Below are positions 1 through 8,778 of a DNA stretch of 32,000 nucleotides, piece after piece (position 1 is the first letter of the stretch; each line of letters opens with the position of its first letter). The position numbers and the translations under genes are program-made. Under the pieces are notes generated by a model, which made no database searches, had not been told where the DNA came from, and saw nothing but the letters and a program-made list of their open reading frames with translations. Source of the DNA: Delftia acidovorans NBRC 14950. GTDB lineage: Bacteria > Pseudomonadota > Gammaproteobacteria > Burkholderiales > Burkholderiaceae_C. The stretch lies in contig NZ_BCZP01000004.1 of assembly GCF_001598795.1 (NCBI RefSeq), forward strand, positions 120,001-152,000, read 5' to 3'.

Positions 1-1194
1 ATTCTCGACTTCACGCGCGTGCTGGCCGGGCCGCTGTCCACGGCCCTGCTGGCCGACCTGGGCGCCGAGGTCGTCAAGATCGAGCCACCGCAGGGCGACG
101 ACTACCGCGCCATCGGCCCCATGAACAACGGAGAAAGCGCGCTGTTCACGGTGATGAACCGCAACAAGCAAAGCCTGGTGCTGGACCTCAAGCACCCTGA
201 GGCCGTGGCCCTGGTCCACGAGATGGCGGCCCAGGCCGACGTGGTGGTGGAGAACTTCCGGCCCGGCGTGGCCGAGCGCCTGGGCATCGGCGCAAGCCAG
301 TTGCGGGCGCTCAATCCGCGCCTGGTCTACGTCAGCGTCTCGGGCTTCGGGCAGACCGGGCCGCTGGCCCACCGGCCGGCCTACGACATCATCGTGCAGG
401 CCATGAGCGGCCTCATGGAGGCCACGGGCGAGCCCGATGGCGCGCCCACCGTGGTGGGCGAGGCCGTCAGCGACGTGGTGGCCGGCCTGTTCGCCTCCTG
501 GGCCACGCTGGCCGCGCTGCTGCAGGCCCGCGCCACGGGACACGGCCAGCAGGTGGACGTGGCCATGTTCGACACCACGCTGAGTTTTCTGGCCACCTCG
601 GTGGCGCGCTACCTGTTCACGGGCCGGCCCGCGCGCCGCGTAGGCAACCGCCATCCGCTGTCGGCCCCCTTCGGCGTGTACCGCGCAGGCGACGGCCACT
701 TCGCGCTGGCCGTGCTCAACAACAAGCTGTTCGCCGCCGCCCTGCAGGCCATGGAACTGGGCAGCCTGGCCGGCGACCCGCGCTTTGCCAGCGACGAATC
801 ACGCTCGGCCCACGAACCCGCGCTGCGCGAGGCCATCGAGGCCTGGGCCGGCCGCCATGAAGTGGCGCAGGTGGTGGCCGCGCTGGATGCGGCCGGCGTG
901 CCCGCCGCGCCCATCTGGAACATTGCCCAGGCGCTGGAATCACCCCAGAGCCAGGCACGCGGCCTGCTCGGCGCGGTGCAGGACGAGCGCCTGCCCGGCC
1001 TGCGCCTGCCCACCCAGCCCGTGCATTTCAGCGGCGCCGCACCCAACCGCGCCGAGCGCGCACCGGCCCTGGGCGAGCACACCGAGGCCCTGCTCTCGCA
1101 GTGGCTGGGCCGGGGCGCCGAAGCCATTGCCGCGCTGCGCGCATCCGGTGCCCTGGGCACCGCAGGCGCGGCCCCCTCTTCCCCATCACATTGA
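1..1194 (+). CDS. Family III CoA-transferase (CaiB/BaiF type), 5' end truncated by the window edge
   Basis: The frame of ORF 19..1194 stays open back to base 1 (ILDFTRVLAGP...). The N-terminal LAGP..LADLGAEVVKIEPP signature is typical of CaiB/BaiF enzymes. Stop codon at 1192-1194. Confidence 0.85.
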   Translation: MLDFTRVLAGPLSTALLADLGAEVVKIEPPQGDDYRAIGPMNNGESALFTVMNRNKQSLVLDLKHPEAVALVHEMAAQADVVVENFRPGVAERLGIGASQLRALNPRLVYVSVSGFGQTGPLAHRPAYDIIVQAMSGLMEATGEPDGAPTVVGEAVSDVVAGLFASWATLAALLQARATGHGQQVDVAMFDTTLSFLATSVARYLFTGRPARRVGNRHPLSAPFGVYRAGDGHFALAVLNNKLFAAALQAMELGSLAGDPRFASDESRSAHEPALREAIEAWAGRHEVAQVVAALDAAGVPAAPIWNIAQALESPQSQARGLLGAVQDERLPGLRLPTQPVHFSGAAPNRAERAPALGEHTEALLSQWLGRGAEAIAALRASGALGTAGAAPSSPSH

Positions 1195-1204
1195 GCGAAC
1201 TTCC

Positions 1205-2356
1205 ATGAACTTCCAACGACTGGGCACCACCGCCGAAGACCACGCCATTGCCGATGCCGTGGCCCGATTTGCCGACGACTCACTCGCCCCGCTGGCGCAG
1301 CGCATGGACGAAGAGGCACTGTCCGCCACCTGCCATGTGCCGGGCCTGGCAGCCCTGGGCGTGATGGGAATGAACCTGCCCGAGGCGCTGGGCGGCCCCG
1401 GCGTCACGCCCACGGCCATGCTGCTGTCCCTGGTGGCCATCTCGCGCGCCTGCGCGGCCACCTCGTCCATGATCGGCGCCCACTACCTGGGCACCGATGC
1501 CGTGCTCATCGGCGGCGACGACGCCCAGCGCCAGCAGTGGCTGCCGCACTGCGCCAGCGGCGAATGGCTGGCCGCCTTTGCGCTGACCGAGCCGCGCGGC
1601 GGCTCCCACCCGGCCGACATGCGCACGCGCGCCGTGCGCGATGGGGACGACTATCTGATCACGGGCGTCAAGCACTTCATCTCCAACGCCGCCGAGGCGC
1701 GCTTCATGGTGGTCTTCGCCAAGACCGACATGGAGGCCGGCGCGCGCGGCGTCAGCGCCTTCATCGTGCCGCGCGATCTGCCCGGCATCCAGGTCTCGGC
1801 GCCCGAAAAGCTCATGGGCATCCGCGGCGGCCATGCCTTCGAGGTATCGCTGGACGGCGTGCGCGTGCCTGCCAGCCACCGGCTGGGCGCCGAGGGCACA
1901 GGCTTCAAGACGGCGATGAAGGTGCTGGACAACAGCCGCCTGGACGTGGCGGCCACCGCCCTGGGCGTGGCCGAGGCCGCCCTGGCCGCCGCCGCGCAAT
2001 GGGCCAATCAGCGCCTGGTCGGCGGCGAGCCACTGGCCACGAAACAGGGCATCCAGTGGAAGCTGGCAGACATGAAGCTGCGCCTGGAGGCATCGTGGGC
2101 ACTGACGATGCAGGCCCTGGCCTTGCGCCAGGCCGGCCAGCCCTTCACCCAGCACTCGGCCATGGCCAAGCTCCATGCCTCGGAAATGGTGGGCTTCGTC
2201 ACCGACGAAGCCCTGCAGATCCACGGCGGCTACGGCTACACGCGCGAAATACCGCTGGAGCGCCTGGTGCGCGATGCACGCATCCTGCGCATCTACGAAG
2301 GCTCGTCCGAAGTGCAGCGCAGCATCATTGCGCGTGGGGTGCTGGGCGGCAGCTGA
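1205..2356 (+). CDS. Acyl-CoA dehydrogenase (383 aa)
   Basis: The ATG at 1205 (MNFQRLGTTAEDHAI...) lies 10 nt after the upstream stop. ACAD-like stretches are present (TEPRGGSHPADMRTRA, GVKHFISNA, IYEGSSEVQRSIIAR). The longer 785 start is an Arg/Pro-rich overlap with the CoA-transferase gene. Confidence 0.9.
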   Translation: MNFQRLGTTAEDHAIADAVARFADDSLAPLAQRMDEEALSATCHVPGLAALGVMGMNLPEALGGPGVTPTAMLLSLVAISRACAATSSMIGAHYLGTDAVLIGGDDAQRQQWLPHCASGEWLAAFALTEPRGGSHPADMRTRAVRDGDDYLITGVKHFISNAAEARFMVVFAKTDMEAGARGVSAFIVPRDLPGIQVSAPEKLMGIRGGHAFEVSLDGVRVPASHRLGAEGTGFKTAMKVLDNSRLDVAATALGVAEAALAAAAQWANQRLVGGEPLATKQGIQWKLADMKLRLEASWALTMQALALRQAGQPFTQHSAMAKLHASEMVGFVTDEALQIHGGYGYTREIPLERLVRDARILRIYEGSSEVQRSIIARGVLGGS

Positions 2357-2468
2357 ATGCAGCAGCGGGTGGCTAGGAGAAATCTGAAAATGGCACCCTC
2401 GCGCCCGGAAAAGGCCATTGATGCAGAGCGGCTCAAACCCCAGGTCTTCCCTGGACCTTGCGAGGGGG

Positions 2469-2517
2469 CGCAAAATGGCGGCTGTTGCGGCCTTCGGGCC
2501 GCAGCGCATTTTTTGCG
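2469..2517 (+). terminator. GC-rich hairpin followed by a T-run; probable rho-independent terminator of the acyl-CoA operon
   Basis: Stem TGCGGCC (2486-2492), loop TTCG, stem GGCCGCA (2497-2503), then GCGCATTTTTT (T6 at 2509-2514). Outer arms GCGCAAAATG and CATTTTTTGCG extend the stem. Confidence 0.5.
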
Positions 2518-2576
2518 GGAAGCGCCCGCATCCCGCTCCCTCCCGCGCCAGCCGCCTCTGCCGAAAGAAGTCCCCG

Positions 2577-4508
2577 TTGTCCGCCGCGCATTCCGTCCTG
2601 CAAGCCGTGTTCGGCTACGAACAATTCCGCGGTCCGCAGGAAGCCATCGTCTCGCACGTGGTCGCCGGCGGCGATGCGCTGGTGCTCATGCCCACGGGCG
2701 GCGGCAAGAGTCTGTGCTACCAGGTGCCGGCCATCGTGCGCCAGCAGCAGGGCCACGGCGTGGCGGTGGTGGTGTCGCCGCTGATCGCGCTCATGCACGA
2801 CCAGGTGGGCGCGCTGCACGAGGCCGGCGTGAGCGCGGCCTACCTGAACTCCACGCTGTCCTATGACGAGACGCAGGAAGTCGAATGGCGCCTGCAAAGC
2901 GGCGACATCACATTGCTGTATGCCGCGCCCGAGCGCCTGAACACGCCGCGCTTCCTGGGCCTGCTCGATGACCTGCATGCCCAGGGCAAGCTGTCGCTGT
3001 TCGCCATCGACGAAGCCCACTGCGTGAGCCAGTGGGGCCATGACTTCCGGCCCGAGTACCGCGCGCTGAGCGTGCTGCACGAACGCTATGCGGGCGTGCC
3101 GCGCATTGCGCTCACGGCCACGGCCGATGCGCTGACGCGCGCCGACATCGTCGAGCGGCTGCAGCTGGAGAGCGCACGGCACTTCGTCAGCAGCTTCGAC
3201 CGCCCCAACATCCGCTACCGCATCGCCGAGAAGAAGGACGTCAGCAACCAGCTGCTGCGCTTCATAGAGCGCGAGCACGAGGGCGAGGCCGGCGTGGTCT
3301 ATTGCCAGTCGCGCAAGCGCGTGGAGGAGCTGGCCCAGACGCTGAGCCAGGCCGGCGTGCCCGCCCTGCCCTACCACGCGGGCCTGCCCTTCGAGACGCG
3401 CCAGCTGCACCAGGACCGCTTTCTGCGCGAGGACGGCATCGTCATCGTCGCCACCATCGCCTTCGGCATGGGCATCAACAAGCCCGATGTGCGCTTCGTG
3501 GCCCATGTGGACATGCCCAAGAACATCGAGGGCTACTACCAGGAAACCGGCCGCGCAGGCCGCGACGGGCTGCCCGCCGATGCCTGGATGGCCTACGGCC
3601 TGTCCGACGTGGTCAACCAGCGCCGCATGATCGACGAAAGCCCGGCCGAGGACACCTTCAAGCAGGTCATGCGCGGCAAGCTCGATGCCCTGCTGGGCCT
3701 GGCCGAGGCCACGGACTGCCGCCGCGTGCGGCTGCTGGCCTACTTCGGCGAGCAGTACGGCCTGGGCGCACCGGGAGAAGACGCAGAGACGGACATTGAA
3801 GGCAGGCCGCTGCAGCGCGTGGCAAAGACCGCCTGCGGCAACTGCGACAACTGCATGGAGCCCCCGGCCCTGTGGGATGGCACGGACGCCGCGCGCAAGC
3901 TGCTGTCCACCATCTACCGCGTGCACGAGGCCAGCCAGCTGACCTTTGGCGCAGGCCACATCATGGACGTGCTGCGCGGCAAGGACACCGAGAAGGTGCG
4001 CCAGTACGGCCACGACAAGATCTCCACCTTCGGCCTGGGCAAGGACTACAGCGAGCCCCAGCTGCGCGGCGTGATGCGCCAGCTGCTGGCCACGGGCGCC
4101 CTGGGCCTGCACAAGATCACCAGCGAGAACAGCGGCCACAGCTTCGACACCCTGTGCCTGGCCGATGGCTCGCGCGACGTGCTGCGCGGCAATGTCCCCG
4201 TGCAGCTGCGCGAGGCCGTCGCAGCGCCACGCACGCGCACCTCCAAGCGCGCCACCCAGCCCAACGCGGCAGCTGCCAGCCTGGGCCCCGACGCCCAGGT
4301 GCGCTTCATCAACCTCAAGGCCTGGCGCGCCGAGGTCGCGCGCGAACACAACCTGCCGGCCTATGTGATCTTCCACGACGCCACGCTGGCAGCCATCGCC
4401 GAGCGCAACCCCGCATCGCTGGACGACCTGCAGGGCATCAGCGGCATGGGCGCCAAGAAGCTCGACGCCTACGGCGCCGAAGTGTTGCGGGTGGTGGCCA
4501 CGGGTTGA
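2577..4508 (+). CDS. recQ: ATP-dependent DNA helicase RecQ
   Basis: Recognisable RecQ motifs in order: [45 protein letters not shown], the CGNCDNC zinc motif and a C-terminal HRDC-like region ([13 protein letters not shown]). The start is uncertain. TTG 2577 is preceded by GAAAGAAG and lies downstream of the 2469-2517 hairpin. ATG 2475 and the track start 2418 are alternatives. Confidence 0.9.
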   Translation: MSAAHSVLQAVFGYEQFRGPQEAIVSHVVAGGDALVLMPTGGGKSLCYQVPAIVRQQQGHGVAVVVSPLIALMHDQVGALHEAGVSAAYLNSTLSYDETQEVEWRLQSGDITLLYAAPERLNTPRFLGLLDDLHAQGKLSLFAIDEAHCVSQWGHDFRPEYRALSVLHERYAGVPRIALTATADALTRADIVERLQLESARHFVSSFDRPNIRYRIAEKKDVSNQLLRFIEREHEGEAGVVYCQSRKRVEELAQTLSQAGVPALPYHAGLPFETRQLHQDRFLREDGIVIVATIAFGMGINKPDVRFVAHVDMPKNIEGYYQETGRAGRDGLPADAWMAYGLSDVVNQRRMIDESPAEDTFKQVMRGKLDALLGLAEATDCRRVRLLAYFGEQYGLGAPGEDAETDIEGRPLQRVAKTACGNCDNCMEPPALWDGTDAARKLLSTIYRVHEASQLTFGAGHIMDVLRGKDTEKVRQYGHDKISTFGLGKDYSEPQLRGVMRQLLATGALGLHKITSENSGHSFDTLCLADGSRDVLRGNVPVQLREAVAAPRTRTSKRATQPNAAAASLGPDAQVRFINLKAWRAEVAREHNLPAYVIFHDATLAAIAERNPASLDDLQGISGMGAKKLDAYGAEVLRVVATG

Positions 4509-4556
4509 GGTGCACAGCCTTCATGCACATCGCCTGAGGCTGGGCTGCACCATGAG

Positions 4557-4591
4557 AAAAGGCCTGCACCTCCATGGCGGCAGGCCTTTTT
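4557..4591. terminator. Bidirectional rho-independent terminator between the convergent recQ and DUF4198 genes
   Basis: AAAA-GGCCTGC (4561-4567), a 12-nt loop, then GCAGGCC (4580-4586)-TTTTT. The A-run and T-run allow termination in both directions. Confidence 0.7.
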
Positions 4592-4608
4592 CGTGAAACC
4601 GGAACCCC

Positions 4609-5418
4609 TTACTGCGCCAGCACCCTGAAGGTCAGCGTGTAGTTGTTGCCGTACTGCGGCGCGGCGGCGCCGGTGGGGGCGTCGGCGCGGTAGCGCACCA
4701 GGGCCAGGTAGATGCCTGACTTGGGCAGGGCGTAGGAGATGCGGCCCTCGCCATCGGTGGTCAGTGCATCCACGCTGTGCTGGCTGGCCAGGTCCATGGT
4801 CGAGCGGAAGATTTCCACCTTCTGCGCGGCCAGCGGCTTGCCGTCGTATTGCACGGTGAAGTCGAACTTCTCGCCCGCGAACAGGTCGGCCGGATGCGTG
4901 ACGGGCACGATCTCCAGGCCCTTGCCTGAGGGCGCGAGCGCGGCCCGGCTGGGCTTGCCCACGGTGATGTAGGTCTCGGAGACCGACAGCGACTGGTAGT
5001 GGCTCAGCAGCCTGGCATCGGCCGGCGTGGGCGTGGCGGGATCACGCGCCGTCTCCACCTTGCCGTTGCGCTCCCACGAACGGAAGACGGCGCCCAGGCG
5101 CGGGCCGGTGCTCACGCGGTAGGTACCCTTCTCGTCGGGCAGTTGGTGCTCGGCCACGGTGCGGGTCTTGAACTGGCGCACATCGGCCATGGGCGTGACC
5201 GAGCCGTCGGGCGCCGTCACGGTGAAGCGCGTTTCGCCAAAAGCCACTTCGGGGATGAAGAACTTGTCGGCAAAGCTGGCGTCCACGCTGATGACGACCC
5301 GGGGAGAAGCCTCGAAGCTGGTGGGCAGCAGGTAGGGCGTGTGGGCCTGGGCGGAGATGCACACGGCCGACAGCAGCGGCAGCCACCAGGCCAATCGCTT
5401 GGATGGGGTTTTGGCCAT
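4609..5418 (-). CDS. DUF4198-type periplasmic protein (NikM-like metal-uptake accessory, 269 aa)
   Basis: Signal peptide MAKTPSKRLAWWLPLLSAVCISAQA followed by HTPYLLP. The beta-rich sequence and the position directly downstream of a TonB-dependent receptor are typical of DUF4198 proteins. Confidence 0.7.
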   Translation of the reverse strand: MAKTPSKRLAWWLPLLSAVCISAQAHTPYLLPTSFEASPRVVISVDASFADKFFIPEVAFGETRFTVTAPDGSVTPMADVRQFKTRTVAEHQLPDEKGTYRVSTGPRLGAVFRSWERNGKVETARDPATPTPADARLLSHYQSLSVSETYITVGKPSRAALAPSGKGLEIVPVTHPADLFAGEKFDFTVQYDGKPLAAQKVEIFRSTMDLASQHSVDALTTDGEGRISYALPKSGIYLALVRYRADAPTGAAAPQYGNNYTLTFRVLAQ

Positions 5419-5424
5419 GTCCGC

Positions 5425-5913
5425 TCAGGGCTTTTTGACGTCGTTCTTGTCCACGACGCCATCGGCATTGACGTCGGCTTCCTTGAAGCTGCGTTCGGCG
5501 ACGGCCATGTCTTCTTCCACGGTGTATTTGCCGTCGCGGTTCCTGTCCACGATGCCGAAGCGCACATGGGCCTGCTTCATGGACTGGGCATAGCGCTCGT
5601 CGGGCTGGCGGCCCGCGTACTGCTGCTTGAGGCGGGCCTCGAACTCGTCCACGTACTCCTTCTCGCTGAGCCAGCCGTCGCCATTGGTGTCGCCTGCCAG
5701 GAAGCGCTGCTTGCGCACGGTGTCGTACTCCTGGCGCGTGACCACGCCATCACGGTTGGCGTCGTAGCTGCCCATGAAGGCAGACTGGCCATGCCCGCCC
5801 GCAGGCTGGGCCGGGCCGCTGGCGGACGGTGCCGTGGGCGATGCGCAGGCGGTGAGCAGGGCCGCCAGGCCGGCAGCGGCCAGCATGCGGTGGGACAGAG
5901 AGAACTCGATCAT
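5425..5913 (-). CDS. EF-hand calcium-binding lipoprotein (162 aa)
   Basis: ATG at 5913 is preceded by AGGAG. Lipobox LLTAC. Four canonical 12-residue EF loops: DANRDGVVTRQE, DTNGDGWLSEKE, DRNRDGKYTVEE, DVNADGVVDKND. The upstream extension to 6096 has no signal peptide. Confidence 0.75.
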   Translation of the reverse strand: MIEFSLSHRMLAAAGLAALLTACASPTAPSASGPAQPAGGHGQSAFMGSYDANRDGVVTRQEYDTVRKQRFLAGDTNGDGWLSEKEYVDEFEARLKQQYAGRQPDERYAQSMKQAHVRFGIVDRNRDGKYTVEEDMAVAERSFKEADVNADGVVDKNDVKKP

Positions 5914-6085
5914 GAAACGACTCCTGAAGTAGGCAGATACAGCGGCGGCTGCGATGGTGGTGGAGGCTTTCCGGCCGACACCGCCGCTGTAGGGAAGGCC
6001 GGCCGGCCCCTGGAGAAACTCCTCGGATCCGCGCCACGCGGCAAGTGAAGGTGGCGTGGATGCAATGGCATGGTGCGCAGGGTGC

Positions 6086-8500
6086 TCAGAACGCAACGTT
6101 CATGGACACGGCGAAGGTGCGGCCCGGGTTGCTCAGCAGCTCGATGTCGCGGCGGTCGCGCGCCACGCCGGGCTGCAGGCTGCGGGTGCTGGAATAGTCC
6201 CAGTAGCGCTTGTCGCCCAGGTTGTAGATGCCGGCGTTCAGGCGCACGTTCTTTGCGACCTGCCAGTAGCCGGCCAGGTCGAAGATGGCATAGCCGGGCA
6301 CGCGGAACAGCTCGGTGGTCGAGTCGGTCAGGCCGGTGCCCGCGTTCAGGTAGCTGTCGCGGTTGGTGGCCACGGCCTGCTTGCCAGCGACGAAGGTGCC
6401 GGTCAGGTTCAGGCCCCATTGCCGGGCCGGTGCGTCATAGCCCACGCCGACGATGGCCTTGCGCGGCAGCACGCTGTCCAGCGGCACATCCTTGTCGCCT
6501 GCGTAGTAGGACTTGGAGGTGCCGCGGCTGATGCCCAGCGCCCAGGTGGAGTACAGGCCCCTGGCGGCGGGCATCCACTGGCCGTGGTCCAGGCGCGCGC
6601 TGGCCTCGAAGCCGTAGATCTTTGCGCTGTCGCGGTTCTCGGCCTGGTAGATGGTGCCGATGTGGGCGGGCACGTTGACGAACAGGTCGGGACGGCCCGC
6701 GCGCAGGTAGCGCGTGTAGGCGATGAAGTCGGAGTACCTGGTATAGAAGACCGAGCTGTTGAAGGTCACGCCCGGCGTGGGCGACCCCTTGAGGCCGAAG
6801 TCGAAGGCATTGCTGCTTTCCTCCTTCAGGTTGGGGTTGCCCACCAGGGCGTACTGGCCTGCCGCGTTGTAGTTGCTGGCCATGTTCCACGAGCCGAAGA
6901 TCTCGCCGGCCGAGGGCGCTCGCCCGCTGCGCTTGAACTGGGCATAGGCGCTGAACGTGGGCGTGAGGTCATAGACCAGGGCCAGGCTGGGGCTGAGGAT
7001 GGTGTTGCCGCGCGTGCCGCCGTAAATCTTTTCCACATCGGCGGCCGTGAGCACGCCCGAGACGAAGTTGTCCAGGTCGCGTGTCTTGATCTCCACGCGG
7101 TCCACGCGCAGCGCGGGAATCAGCGCCAGGCGGCGGCCGCCGGCCTGGAAGCTGATCTCGTCCTGCAGGAAGGCGCCGTAGCGGCGGGTGGTGGTGTCGG
7201 GCTGGGGCTTCATAACGGGCGTGCCGGTAGCGAAAACGTTCCACGGACGCTCCGTGTCCTGTGTCGATGCATTGACGCCAAAGCTCAGGCGGTGGCGGTC
7301 GATGCGCTTGTCGCCCGTGCTCGAGAAACCCCAGGTGCGCGTCTCGTTGCCGGAGACGTTGTGCACCTTGGCGCCCGTGGCCAGCGTGGTGGTGTCGGTG
7401 ACGTCGTTGGTGTCCGTGTTCTGGAAGAACAGCCGCGTGTCCAGCTGGTCCACCCAGGCGCCGGCCGGTGTCCACAGGTGCTGCAGCTGCAGCGTGTTGC
7501 GACTGGTGTCGCTGTTCTGGCGCGAGCTTTCGGTGATGCTGGTGTTGGTGGTGTCCCAGCCGTGGAAGGAGGTGTCGTTCTTGCGGCGGTACAGGTCGGC
7601 CGACAGCACCAGGCGGTGGGCCGGGTTGATGCGCAGGCCGCCCTTGAGCAGCAGCGCGTTGGAGTTCCAGTCGTCGGGATAGCTGTTGACGATGGCGCTG
7701 TGGTTGCGCGTCTCGTGGCCGTCGCGGCGCGAATAGGCGATCAGGCCGTCGAGGTCGCCCGAGCGGCCAGCGGCCGTGAAGCTCTCGTTCCAGGAGCGGT
7801 CGGCCGTGTCGTGGCCGATCTTGCCGCCCAGGTAGGAGGTCTTGCCGCCCACCAGGTAGTCCTCGGCAGACTTGGTGCGAAAGCCCACCGAGCCGCCGAT
7901 GCCACCGGCCGCGCGCCGCGCCGTGGTGGTGCCGGAGTGGATGTCCACGGCCGAGAACATCTCGGGGTCGATGAAGTCGCGGCCCACGCCGAAGGTGTTG
8001 GCGCCGACACGGCTCACATAGGGGCGCGTGGTGGCGTCGGGCATCTCGACGCCGTCCACATCCATGCCGATGCGGTTGCCCTCGATGCCGCGGATGTTGT
8101 AGCCCGTGGTGCCCGAGCGGTCGAAGCTGCTGCGGTTGCGGCTGGTGCCCGAGGCCGTGCCGGGCGCGGAGACCAGGGGCTGGTAGCGCACCACATCGGC
8201 CATGCTGCCGGCCTGCTCCAGCGCCGGGCCGCTGACGGTGGTGGAGGCGCCCGGCGTGCGCTGCACGGGCTCGGCTGCATCGACCACATCGACCTGGGCC
8301 AGCGCCTTGGTGGGAGCCTGTGCCATCAGCCGGGCCTCATCGTCCGCAGTCTGCACATGCGTCTGCGCCCAGGCGCCGGGCGAGGCCAGACCGATCACGG
8401 CGGCCTGCACGGCCACGGCCAGCAGGCTGGGCCGCAATGCCGGCGTACGCGAGGGATTGCGGGAGAGGGAGAGGAAAGACGAACGCGAAGACACAGCCAT
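6086..8500 (-). CDS. TonB-dependent outer-membrane receptor (804 aa)
   Basis: Long signal peptide ending in AWAQ. Plug-domain motifs (YNIRGIEGNRIGMDVDGV), an NPNLKEE box, and a C-terminal aromatic residue (...VSMNVAF). Start chosen at ATG 8500; the in-frame ATG 8620 and TTG 8623 abut the Fur box. Confidence 0.9.
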   Translation of the reverse strand: MAVSSRSSFLSLSRNPSRTPALRPSLLAVAVQAAVIGLASPGAWAQTHVQTADDEARLMAQAPTKALAQVDVVDAAEPVQRTPGASTTVSGPALEQAGSMADVVRYQPLVSAPGTASGTSRNRSSFDRSGTTGYNIRGIEGNRIGMDVDGVEMPDATTRPYVSRVGANTFGVGRDFIDPEMFSAVDIHSGTTTARRAAGGIGGSVGFRTKSAEDYLVGGKTSYLGGKIGHDTADRSWNESFTAAGRSGDLDGLIAYSRRDGHETRNHSAIVNSYPDDWNSNALLLKGGLRINPAHRLVLSADLYRRKNDTSFHGWDTTNTSITESSRQNSDTSRNTLQLQHLWTPAGAWVDQLDTRLFFQNTDTNDVTDTTTLATGAKVHNVSGNETRTWGFSSTGDKRIDRHRLSFGVNASTQDTERPWNVFATGTPVMKPQPDTTTRRYGAFLQDEISFQAGGRRLALIPALRVDRVEIKTRDLDNFVSGVLTAADVEKIYGGTRGNTILSPSLALVYDLTPTFSAYAQFKRSGRAPSAGEIFGSWNMASNYNAAGQYALVGNPNLKEESSNAFDFGLKGSPTPGVTFNSSVFYTRYSDFIAYTRYLRAGRPDLFVNVPAHIGTIYQAENRDSAKIYGFEASARLDHGQWMPAARGLYSTWALGISRGTSKSYYAGDKDVPLDSVLPRKAIVGVGYDAPARQWGLNLTGTFVAGKQAVATNRDSYLNAGTGLTDSTTELFRVPGYAIFDLAGYWQVAKNVRLNAGIYNLGDKRYWDYSSTRSLQPGVARDRRDIELLSNPGRTFAVSMNVAF

Positions 8501-8623
8501 GGCGGGAATCGGGGAAAGAGGGTTGCTGGCTAGCTGCCGACCTGTCCGCGGAGTGCTCTTGCGAGACCATTGCTCCCCCCGTGTGTGATTGTTCCTGCTG
8601 GCTTTCCGCGATTCTCCCATCAA

Positions 8624-8642
8624 TTGATAATGATTATCATTT
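8624..8642. promoter_or_regulatory. Fur box in the divergent intergenic region
   Basis: GATAATGATTATCATTTGT (8626-8644) matches the Fur consensus GATAATGATAATCATTATC at 16 of 19 positions. It sits in a locally AT-rich patch upstream of the TonB-dependent receptor gene. Confidence 0.75.
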
Positions 8643-8778
8643 GTTTTGTCTCATTTACGTCACAGGGGCCGATCCAGGCTCCGCGCGGGCCTCCTCCACA
8701 AACCCCACACAAAGACTCGACAGCGCAGCAAGATTGCCCGCTCACACTGCGGCGGCTGAATATCTGGAGCCCTTTGCT

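Noticed and set aside
3752-3833. Insertion of about 25 residues ([27 protein letters not shown]) ahead of the RecQ CGNCDNC zinc motif
   Set aside because: It is probably lineage-specific loop variation in the zinc-binding subdomain. The reading frame and all catalytic motifs are intact, so there is no sign of a mobile insertion or pseudogenisation.
2433-4376. 647-aa ORF on the minus strand
   Set aside because: It is antisense to recQ, whose helicase motifs are unambiguous. Low-complexity composition.
6056-8533. 825-aa ORF on the plus strand
   Set aside because: It is exactly antisense to the well-supported TonB-dependent receptor gene. The translation is Ala/Gly/Val/Arg/Asp-rich with no recognisable motif. 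Long antisense ORFs are expected in 70% GC DNA because stop codons are rare.
8501-8623. In-frame upstream extension of the TonB receptor (ATG 8620 / TTG 8623)
   Set aside because: It would add 40 hydrophilic residues ahead of the signal peptide and put the start codon directly against the Fur box, leaving no room for a leader or ribosome-binding site. ATG 8500 gives a normal signal peptide, although its Shine-Dalgarno sequence is weak.
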